DNA of 64,000 bases from Acidimicrobiales bacterium (GCA_030448105.1 JAUJNP010000005.1:170814-234813); one strand, 5' to 3'; shown: positions 51,693 to 61,640, counted from the first letter of the stretch. Made by a program: numbers and translations. The notes: a model not told the origin generated them from the letters alone.

Positions 51693-52412
51693 CTAACCGT
51701 GGCCTCCGACCGCCTGAGCGGCCACCAGGCGCTCGACGGCTTGGCGCTCCCGGGGCCGGACGTTGCGGTCCTGGATGCGGTACTCCCCCGCCGCGGCCAG
51801 CACCCGGCGCGCGTCGTCGCGGCCGGCGGCAGCGAGGAAGCGGGCCACGAACACACGGCGAAACACCGCCACCACGGCTCGCATCGCCGGCGGCCCGTCG
51901 GGCTCCATGGCCGCCAGGATGATCCAGGTGACGGCCACGTCGACCGCTCCGGGGCCCCGCCGGGCGTTGGTCCAGTCGATCACCACCGGCCCCTCCGGCC
52001 CGAGGAGCACGTTGCCGGGGTGCAGGTCGAGGTGGACGACGCCGTCGCCCGCCACCGGGAAGGCGGAGAGGTCCTCCGGTGCCTCGATGGCGTGGAGGCG
52101 GTGGTGCAGGTCGGCGAGCGTCCGGGCGTGGGCGCCCATCCGCCAGGGGCAGCGGGCGAGGTCGTCGAGCATGGTCGGTCCCGGGACCAGGTCGAGCTCC
52201 ATCTCGCCCGGCCCGACCCGGTGCACCGCCGGCACCGGGTAGCCCGCCGCCCGAACGTGCTCCATCAGACCGGCCTCCCCGCGGAGGTCGCGGTCGTCGG
52301 GCGTGCGGCGCAGCACCCGGTCGACGCCCACCGCATGGATGGCGGCGTCGCGCCCGGCGGCGATCTGGCGTCCGAGCTCGCCGTCGGGGGTGCGCCGGTC
52401 GTCGACGTGCAC
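51693..52412 (-). CDS. aminoglycoside/choline-kinase-type phosphotransferase family protein
   Basis: 239 aa; VVHLDLHPGNVLL and VVIDWTNA catalytic motifs. Confidence 0.85.
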   Translation of the reverse strand: MHVDDRRTPDGELGRQIAAGRDAAIHAVGVDRVLRRTPDDRDLRGEAGLMEHVRAAGYPVPAVHRVGPGEMELDLVPGPTMLDDLARCPWRMGAHARTLADLHHRLHAIEAPEDLSAFPVAGDGVVHLDLHPGNVLLGPEGPVVIDWTNARRGPGAVDVAVTWIILAAMEPDGPPAMRAVVAVFRRVFVARFLAAAGRDDARRVLAAAGEYRIQDRNVRPRERQAVERLVAAQAVGGHG

Positions 52413-52422
52413 GCCGACGACG

Positions 52423-54030
52423 CTACGCGAGGGCCACCAGGTCGAGGAGGTCCTCGCTCCAGTGGTCGATGGATCCGTCAGGCATCAGCAGCACCCGGTC
52501 GGGGCCGAGGGCGCGCACGAAGTCGGTGTCGTGGCTGACCAGCACGAGGGTGCCCGGCCAGGTGGCGAGGGCGCCGGCGATGGCCTCCCGGGACCCCGGG
52601 TCGAGGTTGTTGGTGGGCTCGTCGAGGAGGAGCACGTTGTGACGCCCGGCCACGAGCTGGGTGAGGGCCAGCTTCGTCTTCTCCCCGCCCGACAGGGTGC
52701 CGGCGTCCTGGAAGACCTTGTCGCCGGCGAGCCCGAACATGCCGAGCAGGCCGCGCAGCTCGGACTCCTCGAGGCCGCTGGACGCCGCCCGCACGTGGTC
52801 GAGCAGCGTGCGGCCGGGGTCGATCCCCTCGTGCTCCTGGGCGTAGTAGCCGATCGACACGCCGAACCCGGGCCGCACCTGGCCCCGGTCGGCATCGGCC
52901 ACGCCGGCCAGCACCCGGAGCAGGCTGGTCTTGCCCGCCCCGTTGAACCCCAGCACGAGCAGGCGCTCGCCCCGGCCCACGTCGAACCCGAGGTCGTCGA
53001 ACACGGCGAGGTCGCCGTAGGCCTTGGCCAGGTCGGTGACCTCGAGGACGGTGCGCCCGGCGTGGGGCGGCTCGGGGAACCGCACCCTCAGCGCCCGCCG
53101 GGCGGTGGGGGCGTCGACGCCCTCGGCCTGGATGCGGACGATGCGCTTCTCGAGGCTGTGGGCCATGGCCGCCTTGGAGGCCTTGGCCCCGAACCGGTCG
53201 ACCAGGCCCTGGAGGCGATCGACCTCCTTGGCCTGGGCCGCCGCCTGCGTGGCCAGGCGGGCCTCGTCCTTGGCCCGCTGCGCGAGGTACTGGGAGTAGG
53301 TGCCCTTGTACTCGACCATGGTGCCGGTGTCCTCCTGGCCGTCACGGTCGAGGTGCAGGACGCGGGTGATGGCCTCGTCGAGGAGGTCGAGGTCGTGGCT
53401 GACCACGAGCAGGGCGCCCCGGTATGAGCGCAGGAAGCCGAGCAGCCACTCCTTGGCGTCGGTATCGAGATGGTTGGTGGGCTCGTCGAGGAGGAGGGCG
53501 TCGCTGCCGGCGAAGAGGATGCGCACCAGCTCCACCCGGCGGCGCTCGCCGCCCGAGAGCACCCCGATCGGTAGGTCGAGGCGGTCGTCGGGGAGGCCCA
53601 CGCCGGCGGCCAGGCGACGGATCTCGGAGTCGGCCTGGTAGCCGCCGTCGAGCCGGAACTGCTCCTCGGCCCGGCTGAAGCGCTCCACGTTGCGCTCCGA
53701 CGGGTCCTCGGCCAGCGTCAGCCGGAGCTTCTCGACGCGCACCGCCGCCTCATCGAGGCCCCGGCCCGAGAGCACGTGGGTGAGGGCGCTGAGGTCGTCG
53801 GGCACGCCCTCGGGGCGGGGGTCCTGGGGTAGGTAGCCGACGCCGCCGCTGCGGTGCACCACCCCGCCGGCGGGAACGTCCGCACCGCCCAGCACCTTGA
53901 GCAGGGTGGTCTTGCCGGCGCCGTTGCGGCCGACCAGGCCGACCTTGTCGCGGGCGCGCACGCTGAACGAGACGCCGTCGAGGAGGGTGACACCGCCCGC
54001 CTCGACCCGCAGGTTCCGGGCGTGGAGCAC
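52423..54030 (-). CDS. ABC-F family ATPase (two NBDs, no TMD)
   Basis: Only the C-terminal 535 codons of ORF 52423..54672 are real; start GTG 54030 (VLHARNLRVEAGG). Walker A GRNGAGKTT and GFNGAGKTS; signatures LSGGERRRVEL and LSGGEKTKLAL. Confidence 0.9.
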   Translation of the reverse strand: MLHARNLRVEAGGVTLLDGVSFSVRARDKVGLVGRNGAGKTTLLKVLGGADVPAGGVVHRSGGVGYLPQDPRPEGVPDDLSALTHVLSGRGLDEAAVRVEKLRLTLAEDPSERNVERFSRAEEQFRLDGGYQADSEIRRLAAGVGLPDDRLDLPIGVLSGGERRRVELVRILFAGSDALLLDEPTNHLDTDAKEWLLGFLRSYRGALLVVSHDLDLLDEAITRVLHLDRDGQEDTGTMVEYKGTYSQYLAQRAKDEARLATQAAAQAKEVDRLQGLVDRFGAKASKAAMAHSLEKRIVRIQAEGVDAPTARRALRVRFPEPPHAGRTVLEVTDLAKAYGDLAVFDDLGFDVGRGERLLVLGFNGAGKTSLLRVLAGVADADRGQVRPGFGVSIGYYAQEHEGIDPGRTLLDHVRAASSGLEESELRGLLGMFGLAGDKVFQDAGTLSGGEKTKLALTQLVAGRHNVLLLDEPTNNLDPGSREAIAGALATWPGTLVLVSHDTDFVRALGPDRVLLMPDGSIDHWSEDLLDLVALA

Positions 54031-54102
54031 CGGACCAGGGTAGGGGCGTCCTTCGACGTCCCCGCAAAGGGTTCCGTCGCCGGGCCTGCGTAGCGTGCGG
54101 GC

Positions 54103-55203
54103 GTGACCGAACTGGTTCCGCTCCCCCGCCAACCCGACGGCGTGGCCTGGCCCACCGGACGTTGGCCTACCAGTGCACCCGAGGTCGACGACCGCGGTCA
54201 CCTGGCCAGCCTGGTGGAGGAGCTGTTCGACCCGCCCGGACCAGTCGAACGGGGCCACACCCACGCCCTGCTGGTGGTGCAGGGCGGGCGGCTCGTGATC
54301 GAGCGCTACGGCTACCGCTTCGTCAGCGAGCTCGAGGAGCTGTCGGGGGTCACCCCCGAGCCCATCACCGCCGACACCCGCCACATCTCGTGGTCGATGG
54401 CCAAGAGCATCCTCCACGCCGCCGTCGGCGTGCTGGTGGGCGACGGCCGGATCGACGTGGCCGACCGGGCGCCGGTGCCGGCCTGGTCGGATCCCGCCGA
54501 CCCGAGGCGGCGGATCACCTGGGACGACCTGCTGACCATGCGGCCCGGCCTGGCGTGGGTGGAGGAGTACTACGAGTTCGACGGCAGCCGCCTGCCCGAC
54601 GTGGTGTCGATGCTGTTCGGAGAGGGCAACGCCGACATGGCCGGCTTCGCCGCCCGGTTCCCCCTCGTGCACGAGCCGGGCTCAGCCGCGGCCTACACGT
54701 ACTCGAGCGGCACGTCCAACATCCTGGCCGCGTGCGTCGGGCAGGTCATAGGCGGCGGCGAGGCACGCATGCGTCGCTTCCTCGCGGAACGGGTCTTCGG
54801 CCCGATCGGTATGGCGAGTGCCGAGCCGTCCTTCGACGCCGCCGGCACGTTCGTGGCGTCGTCCTACGTGCACGCCACCGCTCAGGACTTCGCCCGCTTC
54901 GGCCTGCTCTACCTGCGCGACGGCAACTGGGACGGCCATCAGGTGCTCCCCGCCGGGTGGGTCGACCACGGCCGGCTCCCCCGCTCTCCCGACGAGGGCA
55001 GCTTCCACGGCGCCCACTGGTGGGCCCGCGCCGACGGCACGTTCTTCGCCGACGGCTTCGAGGGCCAGCGCATCCTCGTGGTGCCCGCCCTCGACCTGGT
55101 GCTGGTCCGGCTGGGCAAGACCCACGTCGACCACGCCCCCGCCCTCGACGCCCGCCTGGACGAGATCATCCACTGCTTCGCGCGGCTCAGGGCGAAGCCC
55201 TGA
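54103..55203 (+). CDS. beta-lactamase-related serine hydrolase
   Basis: 366 aa; SxxK as ISWSMAKSIL; ...YTYSSGTSNIL... (YxN-like region). Confidence 0.85.
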   Translation: MTELVPLPRQPDGVAWPTGRWPTSAPEVDDRGHLASLVEELFDPPGPVERGHTHALLVVQGGRLVIERYGYRFVSELEELSGVTPEPITADTRHISWSMAKSILHAAVGVLVGDGRIDVADRAPVPAWSDPADPRRRITWDDLLTMRPGLAWVEEYYEFDGSRLPDVVSMLFGEGNADMAGFAARFPLVHEPGSAAAYTYSSGTSNILAACVGQVIGGGEARMRRFLAERVFGPIGMASAEPSFDAAGTFVASSYVHATAQDFARFGLLYLRDGNWDGHQVLPAGWVDHGRLPRSPDEGSFHGAHWWARADGTFFADGFEGQRILVVPALDLVLVRLGKTHVDHAPALDARLDEIIHCFARLRAKP

Positions 55204-55390
55204 CCGCCGGCGTCGCGAGCGCCACGCGAGCAGCCGCCACGCGAGCGCCGGAGGCGCTCGCCCAGTAGCAGGGCGAAGCCCTGACCGCCGGCGTGGCGAG
55301 CGCCACGCGAGCAGCCGGCACGCGAGCGCCGGAGGCGCTCGCCCAGTAGCACGACGCTCGCCCAGTAGCACGGCGCTCGCCCAGTAACAC
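55188..55390. repeat. two tandem 81-nt units (family B element plus duplicated gene 3' end) and two extra copies of the 17-nt tail motif
   Basis: Units 55188-55268 and 55269-55349 differ at 2 nt. Each begins cagggcgaagccctga, the last codons and stop of the hydrolase gene. The motif (g/a)cgctcgcccagta(g/a)ca occurs 4 times, ending at 55270, 55351, 55370 and 55389. Confidence 0.9.
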
Positions 55391-55469
55391 GTGCCCGACG
55401 TCATGTGGACTTTCCTCGATCCGTCGCTCACGATAACGGCGTTACGGAATTCCCCGGCAGATCGAGGCA

Positions 55470-57716
55470 ATGATGCTGAGCCGTATCGCCCGCTTCTCCA
55501 TCCGGCGTCGGGTCCTGGTCGTGGCCACGGCCGTCGTGGGCTTCGCCCTGGCCGGCGCGCTCGGGGGTGACGTCGCCTCCCGCCTGTCATCGGGCGGCTT
55601 CAACGACCCGGCGGCGGAGTCGTCCCGCGCCGAGGACCTGCTGGCCGAGCGCTTCGGCACCGGCGCTCCCAACCTCGTGCTGCTCGTCACCGCCAACGGG
55701 GGGTCCGTCGACCAGCCCCGGGTGGCGGCCGCCGGCCGGGCCCTCACCGCCCGGTTGGCCCGGGAGGCCGACCTCGACGACGTCGGCTCCTATTGGTCGC
55801 TCGGCTCTCCCCCGCCCCTGCGCTCGGAAGACGGTCGGTCGGCCCTGGTGGTGGCCCGCATCACCGGCACCCAGAACGAGGTGGTGCGCCGGGCCGAGGC
55901 CCTCGAGGAGCGCTACGCGCGGCCCATCGACGGCGCCCGGGTGGAGGTCGGGGGCTTCGCCGCCGTGTTCGGGGAGATCGGCACCACCATCGAGTCCGAT
56001 CTCGTCCGGGCCGAGCTGATCGCCCTGCCCATCACCCTCATCCTCCTGCTCTTCATCTTCCGCGGCGTGGTGGCGGCCGCCCTCCCGCTCGCCATCGGGG
56101 CGGTGTCGGTCGTGGGCACGCTCCTGGTGCTGCGCGTGCTCTCGTCGCTCACCGAGGTGTCGGCGTTCGCCCTCAACCTCACCACGGCGATGGGCCTGGG
56201 GTTGGCCATCGACTACAGCCTGTTCGTGGTGTCCCGATACCGCGAGGAGCTGGCCGCCGGCTTCGAGCCCCACGCCGCCGTGGTCCGCACGGTGCGCACC
56301 GCCGGCCGCACCGTGGCCTTCAGCGCCCTGACGGTGGCCGCCTCGCTGTGCGCGCTGCTGGTCTTCCCGTTGGCCTTCCTGCGGTCCTTCGCGTACGCCG
56401 GGGTGGCGGTGGCGGCGCTGGCCGGGGTGTGCGCGGTGGTGGTGCTCCCTGCGCTACTCGCCCTGCTCGGGCACCGCGTGGACGCGCTCTCGCTCCGGCG
56501 CCGCCCCGCCGAGCCGGTGGGCGAGGGGATCTGGCACCGGGTGGCGACGGCGGTCATGCGCCGACCTGTGCCCATCGCCACCGTCGTCATCGTGGTGCTG
56601 CTCGCCCTCGGCAGCCCGTTCCTCCGCATCGACCTCGGCCGGCCCGACGACCGCGTCCTGCCGGCGTCGGCCGACAGCCGACAGGTGAGCGACGCCCTTC
56701 GCCGGGACTTCGGATCCCAGGAGGCCGGCGCCCTGGCCGTGGTCGCCCCCGACACCGCCGCCGCCGGCACCGGGTCCTCCCGCGATCGTGCCATCGACGC
56801 CTTCGCCGGCCGCCTGTCGGACCTGCCCGGCGTGGCCCGGGTCGACGCCGTCACCGGAGTGTTCCTCGAGGGCCAGAAGGTGCCCGTGGCCCCCGAGGTC
56901 ACCCGTCGCTTCGCCGCCGAGGAGGGCACCTGGCTGTCGGTGGTGCCGTCGGTGGAACCGGTGTCGGAGGCCGGCGAGCGCCTGGTGCGCGAGATCCGGG
57001 GCGTGGAGGCGCCGTTCCCGGTGCTGGTCACCGGCACGTCAGCGCAGCTGGCCGACGGCAAGGCGTCGCTCTTCGCCCGCATCCCGCTCGCGGTCGGGAT
57101 CATCGCGGTGATCACCTTCGTGCTGCTGTTCGCCATGTTCGGCAGCGTGGTGGTGCCGATCAAGGCGCTCGTGCTCAACCTGCTCAGCCTCACCGCCACG
57201 TTCGGGGCCATGGTGTGGGTGTTCCAGGACGGTCACCTGTCCGACACGCTCGGCTTCACCGCCACCGGCACCATCGACGCCACCACACCCATCCTCATGT
57301 TCTGCGTGGCCTTCGGGCTCTCGATGGACTACGAGGTGTTCCTCCTCTCGCGCATCAAGGAGGAGCACGACGCCGGCGCCGACAACGTGGCTTCGGTGGC
57401 GAGGGGACTGGAGCGGACCGGCCGCATCGTCACCGCCGCCGCCGCCCTCATCGCCGTGGTGTTCGCCGCCGTCGCCACCTCCCGGGTGAGCTTCATCAAG
57501 CTGTTCGGCGTGGGCCTCACCCTGGCCGTGGTCATGGACGCCGTGCTCATCCGGGCGACACTGGTGCCGGCGTTCATGCGCCTGGCGGGCGACGCCAACT
57601 GGTGGGCGCCGAGCTGGTTGCGCCGCCTCCACGACCGCTTCGGCCTCAGCGAGACGGTCGACCTCGCCGACGGTGGCGCGGGCGTGCCCCGCCCCGAGCC
57701 GGCCGCCGCGGGCTGA
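55470..57716 (+). CDS. MMPL-family (RND superfamily) transporter
   Basis: 748 aa; two 6-TM bundles separated by soluble loops. FGTGAPNLVLLV..., DYSLFVVSRYREE and MDYEVFLLSRIKEE duplicated motifs. Confidence 0.9.
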   Translation: MMLSRIARFSIRRRVLVVATAVVGFALAGALGGDVASRLSSGGFNDPAAESSRAEDLLAERFGTGAPNLVLLVTANGGSVDQPRVAAAGRALTARLAREADLDDVGSYWSLGSPPPLRSEDGRSALVVARITGTQNEVVRRAEALEERYARPIDGARVEVGGFAAVFGEIGTTIESDLVRAELIALPITLILLLFIFRGVVAAALPLAIGAVSVVGTLLVLRVLSSLTEVSAFALNLTTAMGLGLAIDYSLFVVSRYREELAAGFEPHAAVVRTVRTAGRTVAFSALTVAASLCALLVFPLAFLRSFAYAGVAVAALAGVCAVVVLPALLALLGHRVDALSLRRRPAEPVGEGIWHRVATAVMRRPVPIATVVIVVLLALGSPFLRIDLGRPDDRVLPASADSRQVSDALRRDFGSQEAGALAVVAPDTAAAGTGSSRDRAIDAFAGRLSDLPGVARVDAVTGVFLEGQKVPVAPEVTRRFAAEEGTWLSVVPSVEPVSEAGERLVREIRGVEAPFPVLVTGTSAQLADGKASLFARIPLAVGIIAVITFVLLFAMFGSVVVPIKALVLNLLSLTATFGAMVWVFQDGHLSDTLGFTATGTIDATTPILMFCVAFGLSMDYEVFLLSRIKEEHDAGADNVASVARGLERTGRIVTAAAALIAVVFAAVATSRVSFIKLFGVGLTLAVVMDAVLIRATLVPAFMRLAGDANWWAPSWLRRLHDRFGLSETVDLADGGAGVPRPEPAAAG

Positions 57717-57728
57717 CGGGCCGGTGGG

Positions 57729-58226
57729 TCACGCCGACGATGCCCCCACGGTGTCGGGTCCGAAGCGGGCGACCTCGGCCTCGAGGTCGAGAGGGCCGGT
57801 CCGGGCCTTGGCCGTCCGGTCGGCGTCGGTGAGCAGGGCGGGCGGGATGATCCAGACCACCTCGAACTCGAGGCCGTCGGCGTCCCGGCCGTAGAGGCTC
57901 TTGGTGGACCCGTGGTCCGAGCTGCCGACGAGGGCGTCGGCGCCGGCCAGGCGATCGCGCACGGTCGCCAGGTCGGCCAGCGTGCCCACCTCCCAGGCCA
58001 GGTGGTAGAGCCCCACGGTCCCCCGGCCGGCGGGAGAGGGTTTGGCGCCGGCGCCCACCGAGAACAGCCCGAGGTCGTGGTCGTTGTCGGAGTCGGGAGC
58101 CTGCAGGAACACCGCCCCGGGTCCCTCCATCACCACCCGGAAGCCGAGGACCTCCCGGTAGAAGGCGGCGCTGCGCTCGGCGTCGCGCACGTAGAGGACG
58201 GCGTGGTTGAGGGCTCGGATGGCCAT
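57729..58226 (-). CDS. VOC (glyoxalase/bleomycin resistance/dioxygenase) family protein
   Basis: Tail of ORF 57729..59360; start ATG 58226 (MAIRALNHAVLYVRDAERSAAFYREVLGF). Confidence 0.85.
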   Translation of the reverse strand: MAIRALNHAVLYVRDAERSAAFYREVLGFRVVMEGPGAVFLQAPDSDNDHDLGLFSVGAGAKPSPAGRGTVGLYHLAWEVGTLADLATVRDRLAGADALVGSSDHGSTKSLYGRDADGLEFEVVWIIPPALLTDADRTAKARTGPLDLEAEVARFGPDTVGASSA

Positions 58227-58261
58227 GTCCACGCGAACGACGGGCCGGGCGGGCGCATTCC

Positions 58262-58290
58262 TCAGTTGACCTGGCACTAGTTGACCTGGC
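58262..58290. repeat. 15-bp tandem duplication of the terminal codons plus stop of the acyl-CoA synthetase gene
   Basis: tcagttgacctggc (58262-58275) and ctagttgacctggc (58277-58290). On the minus strand both read CAG GTC AAC stop (QVN-TAG in the gene, QVN-TGA in the copy). Confidence 0.85.
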
Positions 58291-59812
58291 GCTGGCGCCC
58301 TTCCCAGTAGGGCGCCCGCAGCTTGAACTTCTGGAGCTTCCCGGTGGCGGTGCGGGCCAGCTCGTCCCGGAACTCGACCCGGGTGGGGACCTTGTAGCCG
58401 GCCAGTCGGCCCCGGCAGTGCTGGCGGATCTCCTCCTCGGTGACCTCGGCGCCGGGGGCCGCCACCACCAGGGCCACGACCGTCTCCCCCCAGCGCTCGT
58501 GGGGCACGCCGATCACCGCCACCTCGGCCACCCCCGGATGCGAGAACACGGCATCCTCGACCTCGATGGACGACACGTTCTCGCCGCCGGAGATGATGAC
58601 GTCCTTCTTGCGATCGGAGATGGTGAGGTAGCCCTCGTCGTCGAGGTAGCCGCCGTCGCCGGTGTGGAACCAGCCGTCGCGGATCGCCTCGGCGGTGGCC
58701 TCGGATTGGTCCCAGTAGCCCTCCAGCACGTGGTTGCCGCGGGCCAGCACCTCGCCGTGGTCGTCGATGGCGAGGCGCAGGCCCAGCGCGGGTGCGCCCG
58801 CTCGACCGAGCTTCACCGCCCGCTCCCCGGGCTCGAGCTGGTCCCACTCGGCGCGGTTGCGGTTCATGGTCAGCAGCGGCGTGGTCTCGGTGAGACCGTA
58901 GATCTGGATGAACTCCCAGCCGAGCTCGGCCTCCACCCGTTCGATGGTGCGGGTGGGCGGCGGCGCCCCCGCCACCACGATCCGTACCCGGCCGCGACCG
59001 GGCACCTCGCCGTCCCAGTTCGCGGCGGCGTCGAGGATGGCGGCCACCACCGCCGGCGCCCCGCAGAGCAGGGTGACTCCGTGGCGCTCGACCCGGCGCA
59101 GGATCTCGGCCCCGTCGACCTTGCGGATCACCACCTGGTTCACGCCCATCCCGCACGCGGCGAACGGCATCCCCCAACCGTTGCAATGGAACATCGGCAG
59201 GGTGTGGAGGTAGACGTCGCGGTCGTCGACCCCCGCCTGCCAGCCGAACACGGTGGCGTTCAGCCACAGATTCCGGTGGGTGAGCTGCACACCCTTGGGT
59301 CGGGCGGTGGTGCCGCTCGTGTAGTTGACGGTGGCGGTGGCGTCCTCGTCGGGCGTCCACCGCTGGGGATCCGCGGAGGCGGAGAAGAGGGCGGCGTCGG
59401 CGGCTTCACCGATCACGTAGCGGTGCTTGGCGTCGACCCCGGTGAGGGCTTCCTCCAACTCCGGGTCGATCAGCAGCACCGACGCGCCGGAGTGCTCGAC
59501 GATGAAGCGCACCTCCTCGGCCGACAACCGGAAGTTGATCGGCACCAGGACCCGGCCGTGCCCGGCCACCCCGAAGAACGAGGTGAGCAGCCGGGCCGAG
59601 TTGTGCGACACCACCGCCACCCGCTCGCCGGACCCCACGCCCAGCTCGTCGAGGGCGGCCGCCTGCGCCCGGGCCCGCTGGGCCAGCTCGGCGAAGGTGA
59701 GCTCCCCCCACGACGGGGCGGGCTGGTCGGGCTCGTCGACCACCGCCACCCGCTGCGGATAGACGCTCACCGCCCGGTCGAGGAAGTCGTTGACCGACAG
59801 CGGGACCTTCAT
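58277..59812 (-). CDS. AMP-dependent acyl-CoA synthetase/ligase
   Basis: ORF 58277..59980; start ATG 59812 (MKVPLSVNDFLDR). YTSGTTARPKG, IYGLTETT, GYLTISDRKKDVIISGGENV, ...TGKLQKFKLR. Confidence 0.9.
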   Translation of the reverse strand: MKVPLSVNDFLDRAVSVYPQRVAVVDEPDQPAPSWGELTFAELAQRARAQAAALDELGVGSGERVAVVSHNSARLLTSFFGVAGHGRVLVPINFRLSAEEVRFIVEHSGASVLLIDPELEEALTGVDAKHRYVIGEAADAALFSASADPQRWTPDEDATATVNYTSGTTARPKGVQLTHRNLWLNATVFGWQAGVDDRDVYLHTLPMFHCNGWGMPFAACGMGVNQVVIRKVDGAEILRRVERHGVTLLCGAPAVVAAILDAAANWDGEVPGRGRVRIVVAGAPPPTRTIERVEAELGWEFIQIYGLTETTPLLTMNRNRAEWDQLEPGERAVKLGRAGAPALGLRLAIDDHGEVLARGNHVLEGYWDQSEATAEAIRDGWFHTGDGGYLDDEGYLTISDRKKDVIISGGENVSSIEVEDAVFSHPGVAEVAVIGVPHERWGETVVALVVAAPGAEVTEEEIRQHCRGRLAGYKVPTRVEFRDELARTATGKLQKFKLRAPYWEGRQRQVN

Positions 59813-59903
59813 GGCGCAACCTCCTTGACCGGGGCCTCCAACGTAGGCCGGTAGCGTGCCCGCCGGAGCCGACCAGCCGGCCGGCCCACAGGGAGGCGGC
59901 ACC

Positions 59904-60815
59904 ATGCGCATCGGGATCTTCGCCGGCGAAGTAATCGACCGCGGGGGCACGCTCCACGACCTGGTGGCCGCGGCCACCACCGCTGCCTCCCAGGGTTTCG
60001 CCGGGTTCTGGCTGCCCCAGATCTTCGCCTACGACGCGCTCACCACCCTCGCCGTCATCGGCCGCGAGGTGGAGGGCCTGGAGCTCGGCACCGCGGTGGT
60101 GCCGACCTACCCGCGGCACCCGATGATGCTGGCCGCCCAGGCCCTCACCACCAACGCCGCCTGCCAGGGCCGGCTCACGCTGGGCATCGGGCTGTCGCAC
60201 CAGCTCGTGATCGAGTCGATGCTGGGCTACTCGTTCGACAAGCCCCTGCGCCACATGCGGGAGTACCTGTCGATCCTCGGCCCGCTCGTCAACGAGGGGT
60301 CAGTGTCGTTCACCGGCGAGACCCTGTCGGGCAACGGCACGATCGAGGTGCCCGGCTCCGTACCGTGTCCGATCCTGCTCGCCGCCCTCGGCCCCAAGAT
60401 GCTCGAGCTGGCCGGCACCGAGGCCGACGGCACCATCACGTGGATGACCGGGCCGGCCACGGTGGCCGACCACATCGCCCCCACCATCCGGGCCGCCGCC
60501 GACGCCCACGAGCGACCCGCTCCCCGGGTGGTGAGCGCCCTGCCGGTGCTCGTCACCGACGACGCCGACGCCGCCCGCCAACGGGCGGCCCGGGCCTTCG
60601 CGATCTACGGGCAGCTGCCCTCCTACCGCGCCATGCTCGACCGCGAGGGCGCCGAGGGTCCCGCCGACGTGGCGCTGATCGGCGACGAGGACACCGTGGC
60701 CGACGCCATCGCCCGCATGGGCGAAGCCGGCGCCACCGACTTCCTGGCCGTCGAGTTCGGGATCGACGAGCCCGAGCGCACCCGCACCCGAGCCCTCCTC
60801 CGCTCCCTCCTCTGA
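59904..60815 (+). CDS. LLM-class F420-dependent oxidoreductase
   Basis: ORF 59856..60815; start ATG 59904 (MRIGIFAG), 7 nt after GGGAGG. ...GIGLSHQ.... Confidence 0.85.
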   Translation: MRIGIFAGEVIDRGGTLHDLVAAATTAASQGFAGFWLPQIFAYDALTTLAVIGREVEGLELGTAVVPTYPRHPMMLAAQALTTNAACQGRLTLGIGLSHQLVIESMLGYSFDKPLRHMREYLSILGPLVNEGSVSFTGETLSGNGTIEVPGSVPCPILLAALGPKMLELAGTEADGTITWMTGPATVADHIAPTIRAAADAHERPAPRVVSALPVLVTDDADAARQRAARAFAIYGQLPSYRAMLDREGAEGPADVALIGDEDTVADAIARMGEAGATDFLAVEFGIDEPERTRTRALLRSLL

Positions 60816-60854
60816 CCCGACCCACTCCCAGCGCGCCGCTCGCCGGCCGGGGGC

Positions 60855-61640
60855 TCAGCGGGCGGTCCAGCCTCCGTCGACGGCGAGGGTCTGGCCGGTG
60901 ACGTAGGAGCTGGCGTCGGAGGCCAGGAACAGCAGCACGCCGTCGAGCTCGTGCTCCTCGCCGCCACGGCCCATCGGGCAGTTGCGGGTGATGAACCCGA
61001 GCGACGATTCGTCGTCCCACATGCCGGCGGTCATCTCGCTGGGGAACCAACCCGGGGCGATGGCGTTGACCCGCACGCCCTGGCGGGCCCACTGGCAACC
61101 GAGCTCCCGGGTGAGGCTCACCACCCCGCCCTTGGAGGCGCAGTAGCTGGCCTGGCGGATGGGCGCCGAGGCCACCAGCCCGAGGACCGACGCAATGTTC
61201 ACGATCGACCCGCTCCCCCGCGCCAGCATCGGCGCGGCGGCGAGCTGGCACAGCCGAAACGTGGCGTTGAGGTTCACGTCGACCACCTGCCGGAAGTGGT
61301 CGAAGGGCTCGTGCTCGGCCGGCATCGGGTCGCCGATCCCGGCGTTGTTGACCACCACGTCGAGCCCGCCGTCGCCCACCTCCACAGCCGTGGCCACCAG
61401 CCGTTCGAGGTCGGCCTCCTCGGTGACGTCGCACGGCACGGCCACCACCCCGTCACCACAGTCGGCGGCCAGCTCGGCGAGCCGGTCCCGCCGGCGGGCA
61501 GCGGCGACCACGCGGGCGCCGGCGCGGTGGAGCACCCGGGTGAAGCGGGCGCCCAGGCCCGACGACGCCCCGGTGACGATGGCGACGCGCCCGTCGAGGC
61601 GGAACGAAGCGGGCAGGGCGGCGGCAGAGGCTTGTGACAT
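60855..61640 (-). CDS. short-chain dehydrogenase/reductase
   Basis: Tail of ORF 60855..62282; start ATG 61640 (MSQASAAALP). TGASSGLG, NNAG, catalytic YCASK. Confidence 0.9.
   Translation of the reverse strand: MSQASAAALPASFRLDGRVAIVTGASSGLGARFTRVLHRAGARVVAAARRRDRLAELAADCGDGVVAVPCDVTEEADLERLVATAVEVGDGGLDVVVNNAGIGDPMPAEHEPFDHFRQVVDVNLNATFRLCQLAAAPMLARGSGSIVNIASVLGLVASAPIRQASYCASKGGVVSLTRELGCQWARQGVRVNAIAPGWFPSEMTAGMWDDESSLGFITRNCPMGRGGEEHELDGVLLFLASDASSYVTGQTLAVDGGWTAR

Noticed and set aside
55188-55390. Possible CRISPR array (also considered for 5875..6035)
   Set aside because: There are only 2-3 units. The units abut directly or share their 'spacers', with no unique spacers. The repeats include copies of the adjacent gene end, and there are no cas genes in the window.
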